From: Candidatus Helarchaeota archaeon
Lineage (GTDB): Archaea; Asgardarchaeota; Lokiarchaeia; Helarchaeales; RDOG01
Reading direction: 5' to 3'
Assembly: GCA_019058315.1 (NCBI GenBank)
Contig: JAHPZH010000006.1
Coordinates: 192,001-256,000, forward strand
DNA length: 64,000 nucleotides
Shown here: one piece after another, positions 50,933 to 61,649 of the stretch
Numbering within the stretch: position 1 is the first letter of the stretch
Layout: each line of letters starts with the position of its first letter
Notes under the pieces: generated by a model
Told to the model about the DNA's origin: nothing
Databases searched by the model: none
What the model saw: only the letters and a program-made list of their open reading frames with translations
Program-made: the position numbers and the translations under genes

Positions 50933-50966
50933 CGATGCCCCCTATCCATTTTAGGGGTCGTCATCG
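50933..50966 (-). promoter_or_regulatory. 5'-UTR hairpin of rps26e covering the SD-like sequence
   Basis: CGAUG/CAUCG and CCCCUA/UAGGGG stems ending 2 nt before the UUG start. Confidence 0.5.
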
Positions 50967-51040
50967 TGTATTTTTTGAACATCTTTAAACCTCAAAAAAA
51001 ATTTTATATTCTAATAATATTAATTTTTTTGCTTACTTAA

Positions 51041-51481
51041 TTGTTTTATAGGTCGTATATTGTTTTGGATAAAGAGGAATTAATTGAAGAATTTTTAAAA
51101 CTTGAAGGAATAGATGGAGAAATTGCATTAAAATTATACAATGCTGGTATAAAATCAATTTCTGATTTAAAATCATCAGATCCTCAAAATCTATCTGAAA
51201 AGATTGGTTATCCGATTAAATTAGTAAAATCTTGGATTAACTCAATTGTTAAATATGAACAACAAAAGAAATTTGAAAAAAGTGAAGAAATTATTATTAA
51301 ATTAAAAGATTCTTTAAATTGCAGTTATGAAATTGCAAAAACACTTCGAAATGTGGGCATTCTCAGTCTAGAAGACCTTACTAATGAAGATCCCGCTCAA
51401 TTGGCTGATGATGCTGAGATTGATTTGAAGTATATTAAATTATGGATTAAGAAAGCTAAAAAGATCTTAAAAAGTAAGTAA
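51041..51481 (+). CDS. Tandem helix-hairpin-helix protein
   Basis: LEGIDGEIALKLYNAGIKSISDL and repeat IAKTLRNVGILSLEDL. Confidence 0.7.
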   Translation: MFYRSYIVLDKEELIEEFLKLEGIDGEIALKLYNAGIKSISDLKSSDPQNLSEKIGYPIKLVKSWINSIVKYEQQKKFEKSEEIIIKLKDSLNCSYEIAKTLRNVGILSLEDLTNEDPAQLADDAEIDLKYIKLWIKKAKKILKSK

Positions 51482-51570
51482 GTGAAATTAAAGTTAAGAC
51501 GAATGAATTTAAAATAAAAGAGATATAAAATTGATAAATAACACTCATTAAAAATGATGGAGGAATAGAA

Positions 51571-51912
51571 ATTAAAAAAATTAACCCAGCGATTAATCAA
51601 TTTTGTTTTGCTGAAAGATTAAAAGGTTTTATAATCATCTTAATTAATAATATTTTAAAATACTCAGATTATCTCCAAGCAAATAAAGAACTCTCTTCTG
51701 ATGATATTTTAAAATGGTTTCTTAATGATTTGGCTCGAGAAACAGAATTAGCTATTAATGTAACAAAAGGTACTCATTTCGAATCAGCACTACCTTTAAT
51801 TAATAAAGCAATTTCTGAAGTTCCTGAAAAAACTGAAGAGGCACTTAAGGATTTACGGGATGCCTTAACCAAAATTACTACACAAGCATCACAGGCATTC
51901 TCAAAGATATAA
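51571..51912 (+). CDS. Hypothetical protein, probably starting at a non-canonical ATT
   Basis: Frame of track ORF 51730-51912 is open from 51538; GGAGGA at 51559-51564 precedes ATT 51571. Confidence 0.5.
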   Translation: MKKINPAINQFCFAERLKGFIIILINNILKYSDYLQANKELSSDDILKWFLNDLARETELAINVTKGTHFESALPLINKAISEVPEKTEEALKDLRDALTKITTQASQAFSKI

Positions 51913-51933
51913 ACTACTTTTTATTGTTGATTC

Positions 51934-52830
51934 TTGATGTATGATCTTACAATTATAGGTCACTTTACCCTAGATTATTTCAAAGGAAGAGAAGAATCTC
52001 CAGATTATATACGAATTGGGGGAACATCCGTTTATGCTTCAAAAACTGCAAACCAATTGGGTAAGAATGCGGCTGTTATAAGTGCAAATGGTTCCGATTT
52101 TAATAAAGATTTCATAAAACCACTAAAAGATAGTGGTATAAATATTCATTTAATAAAAACTAAACAAAAATCAACTGCATTCGTTCATGAGTATATTAAA
52201 GGTGAGCGAAAGCTAACCTTAAAATCCCGTTGTAAAGTAATTAATCAATCAGATATCCCTGAGGAATTCCTAAATTCAAAATTATTCTATATCGGTGCTA
52301 TAGCAAATGAAGTAGATACAAGTGTTTTGAGTAAGATTTCAAAGACTAAGGCCCCTATTGCTTTGGATCTGCATGGCTTTGTAAGAAAATTTAATAAGAA
52401 AGGGGAAATGTCTGTGAATGATTGGCCAGAAGCTGAAAAATATCTTAAATATGTGACCTTTCTTAAAGGAACCGATAAAGAAGCAAGAGCCCTTACTGGC
52501 TTAAAGAATTTACAAGATATTGTTAGATTTATTTCTAGTATGGGACCAAAAGTTGTTATTCTTACTCTTGCAAAAAAAGGGAGTCTTATTTATTCAAATA
52601 ATCTTTCTCTCCAAATTCCGACTATCGCTTATGAAATTGTAGATGAAACAGGTGCAGGAGATACTTATTTCACAGCTTTTTTGTTGGATTACCTAGAAAA
52701 ACAAGATTTATATCATGCTGCCATTTACGGGGCAAGTGCTGCATCTTTTGTTATGGAAAAACAAGGACCATTTGGATTTGCAACACATGAAAAAATAGAG
52801 GAACGCGTCCAAGAATTTTTAAACAAATGA
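51934..52830 (+). CDS. PfkB family carbohydrate/nucleoside kinase
   Basis: GHFTLD, IGGT, DETGAGDTY. Confidence 0.88.
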   Translation: MMYDLTIIGHFTLDYFKGREESPDYIRIGGTSVYASKTANQLGKNAAVISANGSDFNKDFIKPLKDSGINIHLIKTKQKSTAFVHEYIKGERKLTLKSRCKVINQSDIPEEFLNSKLFYIGAIANEVDTSVLSKISKTKAPIALDLHGFVRKFNKKGEMSVNDWPEAEKYLKYVTFLKGTDKEARALTGLKNLQDIVRFISSMGPKVVILTLAKKGSLIYSNNLSLQIPTIAYEIVDETGAGDTYFTAFLLDYLEKQDLYHAAIYGASAASFVMEKQGPFGFATHEKIEERVQEFLNK

Positions 52831-52835
52831 GAAAA

Positions 52836-54284
52836 TCAATAAGCCTTGCCCAAATTTACTGTTTCAATTCCTTTTTTATCACAAATTGGACATTTTCCAG
52901 CTTTAATTTTCCATTTATCATCAATTGGAGTTCCTAAAACACCCACACCTACTCGTTCTTCTAATTCCAGAGCACATTCTTTTTCACCACACCATGAAAT
53001 TTGAACCATTCCAATATCTGATTCTAACAATTTTTTTGCATCATTAACATCTTTTGCAATACAAATTAATTCTGAAAAATTCTTTTCTGCCATTAAAGCC
53101 AGATTTTCTTGAATTTGATCTAGTATTTTTTTAACATCCTCAAATAATGAAGCAGAAATCGGAATTGTGCCTTTTTTTGATGTATCCCTTCGTGCATAAG
53201 TTATTTGCTTTTTTTCAACATCCTTTGGACCAATTTCTATTCTTAATGGGACTCCTTTCATTTCCCAATTATAGAACTTTTTACCTGGTTTTGCGTCTGA
53301 ATCGTCAATTTTAATCCTAAAACCCGCAGTTTTTAACCATTTATATACTTCTTTACTAACATCATTAACCTTGGCTTCTTTCCCCTTAAAAGTAATTGGA
53401 ATAATAATAATTTGAATTGGAGCTATTGATGGAGGGAGCCTCAACCCCGTGTCGTCTCCATGAACCGCAATTAGTGCCGCAATGGTGCGTTCTGAAATAC
53501 CATAACAAGTTTGATAAGCAAAATCTCGTCCACCATCTTTTGTCTCAAATTCAATTTCGAAAGTTTTTGCAAAAGTCTGACCTAAATTGTGAACTGTTCC
53601 TATTTGTAAACTACGACGATCTGGAGTAAGTGTATCAAAAGCTAAGGTATAAACTGCTCCCGGAAATTTGTCCCATTCGGGGCGTTTACTAATAATGAAT
53701 GATATTCCAAGTTGTTCAAAAAATCTTGAATAAACTTCGACCGCTTCTTTAACCTGTGCTTCTGCATCTTCCCAAGAACCATGCGCAGTGTGCGCCTCCT
53801 TGAAGGTGGTAATTTCTCGCACTCGAATTAGAGGTTTGGTTGCTTTAGTTTCGTATCTGAATACGCTTACAGCTTGATACACCTTTAATGGAAAATCAGC
53901 ATGAGAACGGATCCACTTGGCAAACATTGGATACATGGCTGTTTCGCTTGTCGGTCTCAAGGCGAGTTTCACATCAAGTTCAGTTCTACCACCATGAGTT
54001 ATCCAATAAACTTCATCTTCAAATCCTTTTACATGAATGGCTTCCTTTGCAAAAATATTATCTGGAATTAATAAAGGAAATAAAGTTTCATCATGCCCTG
54101 TTTCATCAAGTAAATCACGGATGATTTTTAATGTATTATTCCTTATTTTAAACCCATATGGTTGCCATACACCACAACCTTTTAGTGGATATCGATAATC
54201 TAAAATCTCAGCTTCTGAAATAATATCACTTAACCATTCACTAAAATTTTTTTTCCATTTACCTTTTTTTATTTCCGTCTGCAT
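52836..54284 (-). CDS. proS: Prolyl-tRNA synthetase, archaeal/eukaryotic type
   Basis: [42 protein letters not shown]-terminal AY. Confidence 0.96.
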   Translation of the reverse strand: MQTEIKKGKWKKNFSEWLSDIISEAEILDYRYPLKGCGVWQPYGFKIRNNTLKIIRDLLDETGHDETLFPLLIPDNIFAKEAIHVKGFEDEVYWITHGGRTELDVKLALRPTSETAMYPMFAKWIRSHADFPLKVYQAVSVFRYETKATKPLIRVREITTFKEAHTAHGSWEDAEAQVKEAVEVYSRFFEQLGISFIISKRPEWDKFPGAVYTLAFDTLTPDRRSLQIGTVHNLGQTFAKTFEIEFETKDGGRDFAYQTCYGISERTIAALIAVHGDDTGLRLPPSIAPIQIIIIPITFKGKEAKVNDVSKEVYKWLKTAGFRIKIDDSDAKPGKKFYNWEMKGVPLRIEIGPKDVEKKQITYARRDTSKKGTIPISASLFEDVKKILDQIQENLALMAEKNFSELICIAKDVNDAKKLLESDIGMVQISWCGEKECALELEERVGVGVLGTPIDDKWKIKAGKCPICDKKGIETVNLGKAY

Positions 54285-54392
54285 TGCATCCTATCCTTGA
54301 TGAATTTTATTTTTTAAATTAGCTTTATTTCTTCTCTCTAAATAAAAATTAAAGATCTTTATTTTACTTTTTGGGAGGGCATAGAAGTAAAA

Positions 54393-54818
54393 TCATGATT
54401 CAATAAATAAAGAAAGTAACCAAGCCCTAATTTGATTAATATTAGTAATTCTTTTTTGCTGAATTTGAACAAGATACAAAACTATGTTCTTTCCAATAAA
54501 ATCAATATCCTCAAGTTTGGAGGTATCAAAAAAATGATATCCATTTATTTCTAAAAATCGAACTGCTGATATCCATGCAACTCTTTTATGCCCATCAACA
54601 AAAGGTCGCGGTTTTGCAGTAACTAACTCTTTTATTAATACCGAGGCTTTCTCAAAAATATCCCCAGTATATTCTTTGGCTTTCTTAATTACTTCATCGA
54701 GTTTTTCTGTATTAGAAATTTTATGGACTCTACTATAATGCTTCATTATATTTTTGTAAATGTCTAAAATCTCATCTTTTTCAAGATAATTTATAGTTTG
54801 ATCTTTATGAATCGCCAC
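54393..54818 (-). CDS. Fic/Doc family protein with variant motif
   Basis: RPFVDGHKRVA..FLEING versus canonical HPFxDGNKR. Confidence 0.75.
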   Translation of the reverse strand: MAIHKDQTINYLEKDEILDIYKNIMKHYSRVHKISNTEKLDEVIKKAKEYTGDIFEKASVLIKELVTAKPRPFVDGHKRVAWISAVRFLEINGYHFFDTSKLEDIDFIGKNIVLYLVQIQQKRITNINQIRAWLLSLFIES

Positions 54819-54908
54819 AATTTTATTATAATTTTTATTTTATTATTTTATATACAGAAATAGACAAATAATTATTAATGTGGACAATGCTCGGATTGGG
54901 TTCTTTTT

Positions 54909-55358
54909 ATGGATGAAGATAAAAAAGAAAGAAAACGAAGAAAAAAAGCATTTTGGAAACCACGACGTCCACCTTTACTACCAATAAAGCAACCACCACA
55001 TCCCCCTGATAAATTTTTTGAAAATCCTTTGAAGATCTTAAAAATTTTTGATCCTCTTGGTATTACAGATATTGTCCAATACATTCGAAATGAGAAATTT
55101 CTAATCGAAGAAAGGTTTAAATACTCAAGAGAACGTTTAAAACAATTTATTGATTCTGTAATGAATTTCTTTGATTTAGACTTCTTTTCTGATAAATTAT
55201 TTATTTATGTTCAAAAAATTTTAAATCGATTCCTTGCAAAATCATATAAAATCGAACTCGATATCGGAGGGGTTAAAAAAATAGTATTTGAACTGTATCC
55301 TATTCGTAAACTTTTAAATGAACATAGAAACGTTATAGATGTTCTATCTCGGTATTGA
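54909..55358 (+). CDS. Hypothetical protein
   Basis: 149-aa ORF with basic/Pro-rich N-terminus. Confidence 0.45.
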   Translation: MDEDKKERKRRKKAFWKPRRPPLLPIKQPPHPPDKFFENPLKILKIFDPLGITDIVQYIRNEKFLIEERFKYSRERLKQFIDSVMNFFDLDFFSDKLFIYVQKILNRFLAKSYKIELDIGGVKKIVFELYPIRKLLNEHRNVIDVLSRY

Positions 55359-55391
55359 GTGATATATCAAAAGCCAGAGGAGTGTAAATAA

Positions 55392-55655
55392 ATGATTGAA
55401 TATATCGAGAACTCTGGAGAATCTATGGAAACAGCTATAATAATTAAGAATGCACCAAACCACTTTAATGGAGTCAATGCCGAATATATTTATCTATCCA
55501 AGAAATTTGGTATCAAAGGAAAGGATTGGAGACTGAAGCAACAATCTTTGCTCCCGAAAAATGAAAAACATTTTGATAAAATGGAAATTATATTAGCTGA
55601 CGGATCTGAAAAGACGATATATTTCGATATTACTGAATTTTATGGGAAATTTTAA
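55392..55655 (+). CDS. Small hypothetical protein
   Basis: GAGG upstream; compact ORF GESMETAIII..GVNAEY..YFDITEFYG. Confidence 0.6.
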   Translation: MIEYIENSGESMETAIIIKNAPNHFNGVNAEYIYLSKKFGIKGKDWRLKQQSLLPKNEKHFDKMEIILADGSEKTIYFDITEFYGKF

Positions 55656-55715
55656 TTCTTTGCTAAAAATTATTGATTCTTGTAATCATTAACCATACTT
55701 AACTAGTGAATTATT

Positions 55716-56255
55716 ATGAGTCATAGAATATGGGATGAAGAAGAATATGAGTGGAATGAAGATCTTCAAAATTGGATATGCGAAGAAAAAAAATTACTAT
55801 TGGATGGTAAAGAAATTCAAAGATTAATAACAACAACGGATATTGTATTTTACTTATTTAATGGTAAAGAATCTGAAATTATTTATGAAGATTTTGAAAT
55901 TGCATCGATTACAGAGCTAAAATATATACGGGGGGAACCAGGAATTTGGAGAATATTCCTTGCAAATAGTTTAAATGATGAACCCGAACTTATCTACATT
56001 AAAATCCCAAATTCTGAAAAAAAAATAACCTTATCTTATCTTAAAAAATCAGAGGCTATGAAACAGGTTGAACAATGGATTCCAAATCTAATCAAAGGAA
56101 ACTTAGCTCAAGATCCAGAATTTAATCAATTTCTAAGAGATTATTTACAGACTAAAGAAGGTAAATTTTTATCGAAAATGGTTGAGGGTAATTGGCTCCA
56201 AGATCCAAAATATAAGTCAACTATACTTAAATTTCTCAAAAAACGGAGTTATTAA
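55716..56255 (+). CDS. Hypothetical protein
   Basis: 179-aa ORF with short internal repeat (IKGNLAQDPEF / VEGNWLQDPKY). Confidence 0.55.
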   Translation: MSHRIWDEEEYEWNEDLQNWICEEKKLLLDGKEIQRLITTTDIVFYLFNGKESEIIYEDFEIASITELKYIRGEPGIWRIFLANSLNDEPELIYIKIPNSEKKITLSYLKKSEAMKQVEQWIPNLIKGNLAQDPEFNQFLRDYLQTKEGKFLSKMVEGNWLQDPKYKSTILKFLKKRSY

Positions 56256-56338
56256 AAATTTGGTTGGTGATCTTTCAAAGTATCTTAGCAGATGTAGCAA
56301 TTATTTTAGTGATAATAATAAAAAGAGGATATAAATAA

Positions 56339-57277
56339 TCAAATATTTTCCTGTTTTCTTAATGATTTAATATTTTTTTTTGGAGGAACTGCATTAATAT
56401 TTCTTTTTTCATCATAGTAAAGCAGATAATTTTTTCCTACTAATCTCTCAATCCAATCGTGATATTTTGGATTTCTATCCTTTAACCATCTTAAAGCTCT
56501 ATAAATGGTATATATTAAATATTTTTGCTCTTTTTGACTTAAATTTTCTTTTTCTTTCAACCAATCCTCTGTTAATTTTAAAATTTTATCAGGCATATAT
56601 TTTGTCAAATCTTTAAGGTTGTTACCTACTGCCTTTCGGACATAAATTGACTCATCATGATTTAAAAATGTTAAAATTTTTAGAATCTCATCATTTTGTG
56701 TTGAATCCCTCAACCATTTTACTTCAGCTTTCGGTCTTAAGCTTTCAGCAACAAATCTTCTAATATTAGGATTTTCACTATCTACCCAGCTTGATAGCAA
56801 ATCAAGAGCTTTTTTCTGATTATTCTTTAATCCTGATAATAGTGGATAAATAGCATTTTCTCGGATTTCCCAATCTTCATTATTTGCCCATATTTCAATT
56901 TTTTCGATGGTATTATCAAAAAAATCTAAAGCAAAATTTGAGGTTAAATGAATGCTTAATACTAGAGTGTCATTTATCGCTTCGAGGATTTCAATTGCTC
57001 CTGAAACAGATTTTATAAATTTCTCTTCGTTAATTTTTCCCTTCTGACTACCCAAATATTTCTTTTTTAGATATTTATAAAGAGCTTTAGCTACAATTTT
57101 TGAAATATAAACTCTACCTTTTCCTATTCTTTCTTTTTCTGGGATTGTGTCATATTCTTTTTTTAAATACTCTATAATAAGCGAAACTTGAGATCGATTG
57201 AAGCTATTGAGGTTCAGTTTATTAAATATAGCTATAGCACGCTTTGATATTTCAGAAGCTGAACTTATAGATACCAA
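56339..57277 (-). CDS. DNA alkylation repair (AlkC/AlkD-like HEAT repeat) protein
   Basis: NEDWEIRE, SENPNIRRFVAESLRP, DESIYVRKAVGNNLKD. Confidence 0.8.
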   Translation of the reverse strand: MVSISSASEISKRAIAIFNKLNLNSFNRSQVSLIIEYLKKEYDTIPEKERIGKGRVYISKIVAKALYKYLKKKYLGSQKGKINEEKFIKSVSGAIEILEAINDTLVLSIHLTSNFALDFFDNTIEKIEIWANNEDWEIRENAIYPLLSGLKNNQKKALDLLSSWVDSENPNIRRFVAESLRPKAEVKWLRDSTQNDEILKILTFLNHDESIYVRKAVGNNLKDLTKYMPDKILKLTEDWLKEKENLSQKEQKYLIYTIYRALRWLKDRNPKYHDWIERLVGKNYLLYYDEKRNINAVPPKKNIKSLRKQENI

Positions 57278-57420
57278 TTCAATCAGATTCTTTGATTTTA
57301 ATGAAAAATTTGTTGCAATTATATACTCACAATCTTTGTCTGTTAAATTTTATGACTTTGATCCCTATACAAAAGATTTATATGCGCAAAATTTATATAA
57401 ATTTTAGATTTATATAAAAA

Positions 57421-58872
57421 TTGAAATTAAAAAAAGTGAAAAAAATGACTGAAGAAAAAATTCCGAAAGAAAAAACAACAACAAGAAATGTAGATGAAAT
57501 ACGAGAAACTTGGTTTTCAAAATTTTTTGCGTCAAAAATAGCTTTGATTATTCATTTGTTCGCATATCTGTCAGTTAATGGTCTTTGTTACATGTTAAAT
57601 CTAATGTTTTGGAACGGGCGTCTCTGGGCATGGCATGTAAGTCTCGGATGGGGCATAGGACTATCGGTTTACCTCGGGTTCTATTACATCTTCACCAGTG
57701 GTATAAAAAGTATCACTAAAGCTATATTTTTAATACATCTGATAGTTTATACAACGGTTAATGTCTATTTGACTTTAATTAACTTTGTTTACATGGCTTC
57801 ATGGCCTGGTGTTTTATGGGCTCATATTCCTGCCTTGTTATGGGGATTTGCTGTTATGATGAACTTCGTTTTAACCATTATGATATCAGGAAAGGGATTA
57901 TCGGCTGCAGAAATTAGAAAAAATGTGACGGGAATACTATTGTTAACCAATATTGGTTATTATGGCATCGTAAACGCTTTATTATATGCTCTAGGTAAAT
58001 ATGCCACAGTATATCATTTAGCTGTTGGAACTTTGCTCTACTGGGGTATTGCAGTTCTTGCTCATGCTGGTATTACGCTCCTATATAATTATGTAGAAGG
58101 CGTTAGTGGTGCTAAAAAAGGAGTAATTCTACACGCAATCATATTTGGACTTTCAGGTTTGATCAATGTTATTGATATCACGTTTTTTAGTGAATATATG
58201 CTATTTTATACTACAAGGGTTAACGGATTCTTAATTTCTGTTGGAATTTGGGCATTAGTAATTGCAGCACATGCATTCTTAGCAATAAGATGGGATCAAA
58301 CAGGTGGAGATGTTAAAGATTTAATGAAATGGCTTTTAATTATGCATCTTGCAGTATATTGTGCTAGTGTTGGATATATGCTATTCTTAAATTTTAGCAT
58401 CTGGGAAGGCAGATTTTGGGTTCCGACGGCTGCTTTAGGATGGGCTATAGGACTAAGCTTACATGGTCTCTATTATATTATTGTAAAAACTGATGAAACA
58501 AATATCATGAAAATTTCCCTATTGCTTCATTTGATAGCTTATATTGGTACGATGGTGTTATTAATCTGGCTCAATCTCGCTATCTGGCAAGGACGTTTTT
58601 GGGTCCCAACAGTAGCATTAGGATGGGGAGTCGGTTTAGCAGCACATACAACGATTTATCTACTTAATAAAAACAACATGTTTACCTCTGAAAATGGTCT
58701 AAAAGCTTCGGTTTTCTTACATTTAACTGCTTATATTGCTGTTGCAGCCCTATTGATATGGTCGAATCTTTCTATGTGGGAAGGTAGACTTTGGTTTCCA
58801 ATTGCATTAGCAGGCTGGGGTATTGGCTTGGGATCTCATATTCTCGTAAATTATTTCATCACAAGGAGATGA
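57421..58872 (+). CDS. Polytopic membrane protein of about 7 tandem 2TM-like repeats
   Basis: Repeats HL..Y...N..W.GR.W...GWGIGL..H; start may be ATG 57445. Confidence 0.75.
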   Translation: MKLKKVKKMTEEKIPKEKTTTRNVDEIRETWFSKFFASKIALIIHLFAYLSVNGLCYMLNLMFWNGRLWAWHVSLGWGIGLSVYLGFYYIFTSGIKSITKAIFLIHLIVYTTVNVYLTLINFVYMASWPGVLWAHIPALLWGFAVMMNFVLTIMISGKGLSAAEIRKNVTGILLLTNIGYYGIVNALLYALGKYATVYHLAVGTLLYWGIAVLAHAGITLLYNYVEGVSGAKKGVILHAIIFGLSGLINVIDITFFSEYMLFYTTRVNGFLISVGIWALVIAAHAFLAIRWDQTGGDVKDLMKWLLIMHLAVYCASVGYMLFLNFSIWEGRFWVPTAALGWAIGLSLHGLYYIIVKTDETNIMKISLLLHLIAYIGTMVLLIWLNLAIWQGRFWVPTVALGWGVGLAAHTTIYLLNKNNMFTSENGLKASVFLHLTAYIAVAALLIWSNLSMWEGRLWFPIALAGWGIGLGSHILVNYFITRR

Positions 58873-58920
58873 AAACAAAATCAATTCTTTTTTTTTATTT
58901 TAATAAAAGGTGATTAAAAA

Positions 58921-59391
58921 ATGAATAATTTAGAAATTCCTAAGGTGCCTGTAATTAAAAGCAAAGCACCTGACGATACTGGATCTAAAAAGAAATATAA
59001 GGTGGATTGGTTCACAAAAACTTTTTCAGCTGATTTAACATTGTATCTTCATTTATTCGTATATGCTTCAGTAATTGGACTTTGTTTAATGTTAAATTTA
59101 ATGCATTTTAATGGAAGGCTATGGACAATTACAGCGGCGCTCGGATGGCTAGTTGGCTTGTCTACTCATTTTACATTATATTTACTCTTCAAAGAAGATA
59201 TGTTAAACAAAGAAGAAGGACTCGAAGGATCTTTCTATATTCACTTATCGATATACATTTCGACTAACATTCTTATGATCTGGAGTAATTTAGCAAATTT
59301 TGAAGGTTGGTTGTGGTTCCCCATTGCAGCAGCTGGATGGGGAATTGGCTTAGGTGTGCATTTTCTCATATCTCGATATGCAGAAGTCTAA
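58921..59391 (+). CDS. 2TM-like repeat membrane protein (2 repeats)
   Basis: Same repeat as the upstream gene; AGGTGA RBS. Confidence 0.75.
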   Translation: MNNLEIPKVPVIKSKAPDDTGSKKKYKVDWFTKTFSADLTLYLHLFVYASVIGLCLMLNLMHFNGRLWTITAALGWLVGLSTHFTLYLLFKEDMLNKEEGLEGSFYIHLSIYISTNILMIWSNLANFEGWLWFPIAAAGWGIGLGVHFLISRYAEV

Positions 59392-59429
59392 ATTAAAATA
59401 TCTCTTTTTTATCTTTTTTTTTTAAAATA

Positions 59430-60380
59430 TTGTGTATTAAAATGACTAAAATAAGCAAAGTGAATTCTAAAAATAATAGTAATCAACAAAAAGATAGAAA
59501 TAATTCAAACAAAGATGATCAAACACAAACTTCAGATCCTGTAATTATTAGATTTTGGCAACGGATTCCCCTCTTGATCCGGGCTACAATTTTAGGAATA
59601 TTTGTCAGTATGATTGGTATTTACTCTTGGTTAATACCTGCATCCTTTATTCCCGCACCTTGGATATTCTTCATTATAGCTGGTGTGCTATGGATCTATT
59701 GGAAATATTTTCGTGGAAGTTGGTGGCCTAAGTCCACGGAAACTGCTAGAATAGAATATTCGCGTTCAAAAAAAATGTCAGCTCCTGTTTTGAAGTGGGG
59801 TTTATTAGCAGCGATAATCTTCGTAATTCTTGCACAATCTAGCTTGGTAGTTACTTTCAGAATCATCCCATTTCCTGCTGAAGCATTTACATCAGGGAAT
59901 AAGTACTTAAATACCATGCCTGGTTGGCTTGCTTGGGTGATTATTAGCATCAATTCGTTAGTAGCAGGTATTTGTGAAGAAACTGGAATTCGTGGATACG
60001 CACAAGTTCCCATGGAGAAGCGTTATGGACCAGTAGTAGGAATCACTTTTTCTTCAATTTTGTTCCTCCTTATCCACGTGAATCAGGCTTGGTTTCTTCC
60101 AATTTTCATTCAAGTTTTTTGTCTTGGCATGATCTTGGGAATTCTAGCCTATACATCTGATTCCTTAATACCGGGCATAATTGCTCATTCAATCATGGAT
60201 GTTGTTAATTTTTCATACTGGTGGTCTGATATTGCGGGAAAATTTGAAGGAAGACCGATTTCTGAAACTGGAATTGATTTTATTTTTATCCTATCGCTTC
60301 TAATCTTTGTCTCATCTTCAGTGCTGTTTTTTTGGACTAACCGAAAAATAATGGCTGCTCGTAATGAAATGTCTTTGTAA
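59430..60380 (+). CDS. CPBP (CAAX protease family) intramembrane metalloprotease
   Basis: CEETGIRG, FLLIH, IAHSIMD. Confidence 0.85.
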   Translation: MCIKMTKISKVNSKNNSNQQKDRNNSNKDDQTQTSDPVIIRFWQRIPLLIRATILGIFVSMIGIYSWLIPASFIPAPWIFFIIAGVLWIYWKYFRGSWWPKSTETARIEYSRSKKMSAPVLKWGLLAAIIFVILAQSSLVVTFRIIPFPAEAFTSGNKYLNTMPGWLAWVIISINSLVAGICEETGIRGYAQVPMEKRYGPVVGITFSSILFLLIHVNQAWFLPIFIQVFCLGMILGILAYTSDSLIPGIIAHSIMDVVNFSYWWSDIAGKFEGRPISETGIDFIFILSLLIFVSSSVLFFWTNRKIMAARNEMSL

Positions 60381-60581
60381 TTGTCTTAATTTTATTTTTT
60401 TTCTTTTTATTTTTAAATAGACTTTTTTTACATTTCTCAATAGACTTAAACTCAATTTTTATTCAAATTAGAAATTGTAATTAATATTATAAAATATCTT
60501 TAAAAATACAAAAAAATCAACGTTATAACAAGATTTTCCATTTTATTTCCCAACCTATGTTAAATTAAAAAGGAAAGGAAT

Positions 60582-61601
60582 GTGATAAAAATTTTCATAA
60601 AAGAAAATTGCAATTATTGTGGCGATTGTCTAGCTCGTTGTCAATATTTAGGATATGATACTGAAAAAGCAATTGCAGAATTCAAAAAATTAGTGGATGA
60701 CCAAGAAACCCCTGTATTGAGTGATTGTGTCACTTGTTATGCATGTAACGAATATTGTCCCAAAGATGCAAACCCCTTTGACCTTATAGTCCAAAGACAA
60801 GAGGAACATAACTCAGTAAATATACCAGAAGGAATGAAACAGATGATTGCAGATCAACTTAAGCCTCCAGGTTTAAAAGGACCAATAGATACAGAAGGAA
60901 AGATGGTAATGTCAATCTGTGTATTTGCAGACCATCCTAAATTCTATGAAGGACAATTATTTAAAGATTTAAAGTTAATTAGCGGTCGAAATTTTTTCTG
61001 TAATCTTTTATATCTTCATACTGGTCAAGAATCTGTAATAAAACAAAGAGCTCAAACCATAATTGACAATCTTGCAAGTCTAAATGTTCCCGAAATTATT
61101 TTCTTCCATGACGAATGTTATGCATTCACGACAAAATATGCACCAGGATTAGGAATTAATGTCCCATTCAATTCGATTCATCTTTACGAATATCTTTATG
61201 GTTATCTAAAACATAATAAGGATAAAATAAAGAAGCTTGGGCTGAAGATAGCATTACAAAGGTCATGTTCTAACAGGTTTAACCCCGAAGTCGACCATTT
61301 TGTTGATGATATCTGTGAGCTTATTGGTGTTGAGCGAGTTGCACGAGAATATGATCGTGAAAATGCATTATGTTGTACTGCCCCTCAAGGTCAGTTAGGG
61401 AAAGGCGATATGGCAAAGGAAAATATTAAGCGAAATATGGATGATGCTGTAAAACATGGAGCACAAGCTATGGTTACCATGTGTCCAATGTGTTATGATA
61501 CTTTAAAACGCCCAATTAGAAAAGCTGGAATGAAAAAGCTTTTCATCCACGAACTAGTTAGATTAGCATTGGGTGAGCTTGATTTCGAGACTTTAAAATA
61601 A
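60582..61601 (+). CDS. Fe-S oxidoreductase (HdrD/GlcF-like, CCG domain)
   Basis: CNYCGDCLARC, CVTCYACNEYCP, LCC, CPMC. Confidence 0.85.
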   Translation: MIKIFIKENCNYCGDCLARCQYLGYDTEKAIAEFKKLVDDQETPVLSDCVTCYACNEYCPKDANPFDLIVQRQEEHNSVNIPEGMKQMIADQLKPPGLKGPIDTEGKMVMSICVFADHPKFYEGQLFKDLKLISGRNFFCNLLYLHTGQESVIKQRAQTIIDNLASLNVPEIIFFHDECYAFTTKYAPGLGINVPFNSIHLYEYLYGYLKHNKDKIKKLGLKIALQRSCSNRFNPEVDHFVDDICELIGVERVAREYDRENALCCTAPQGQLGKGDMAKENIKRNMDDAVKHGAQAMVTMCPMCYDTLKRPIRKAGMKKLFIHELVRLALGELDFETLK

Positions 61602-61649
61602 TTTTTTTTTATTTTTAAGAATTTTTAAAAATTTTATAAGGTTAAAAAA

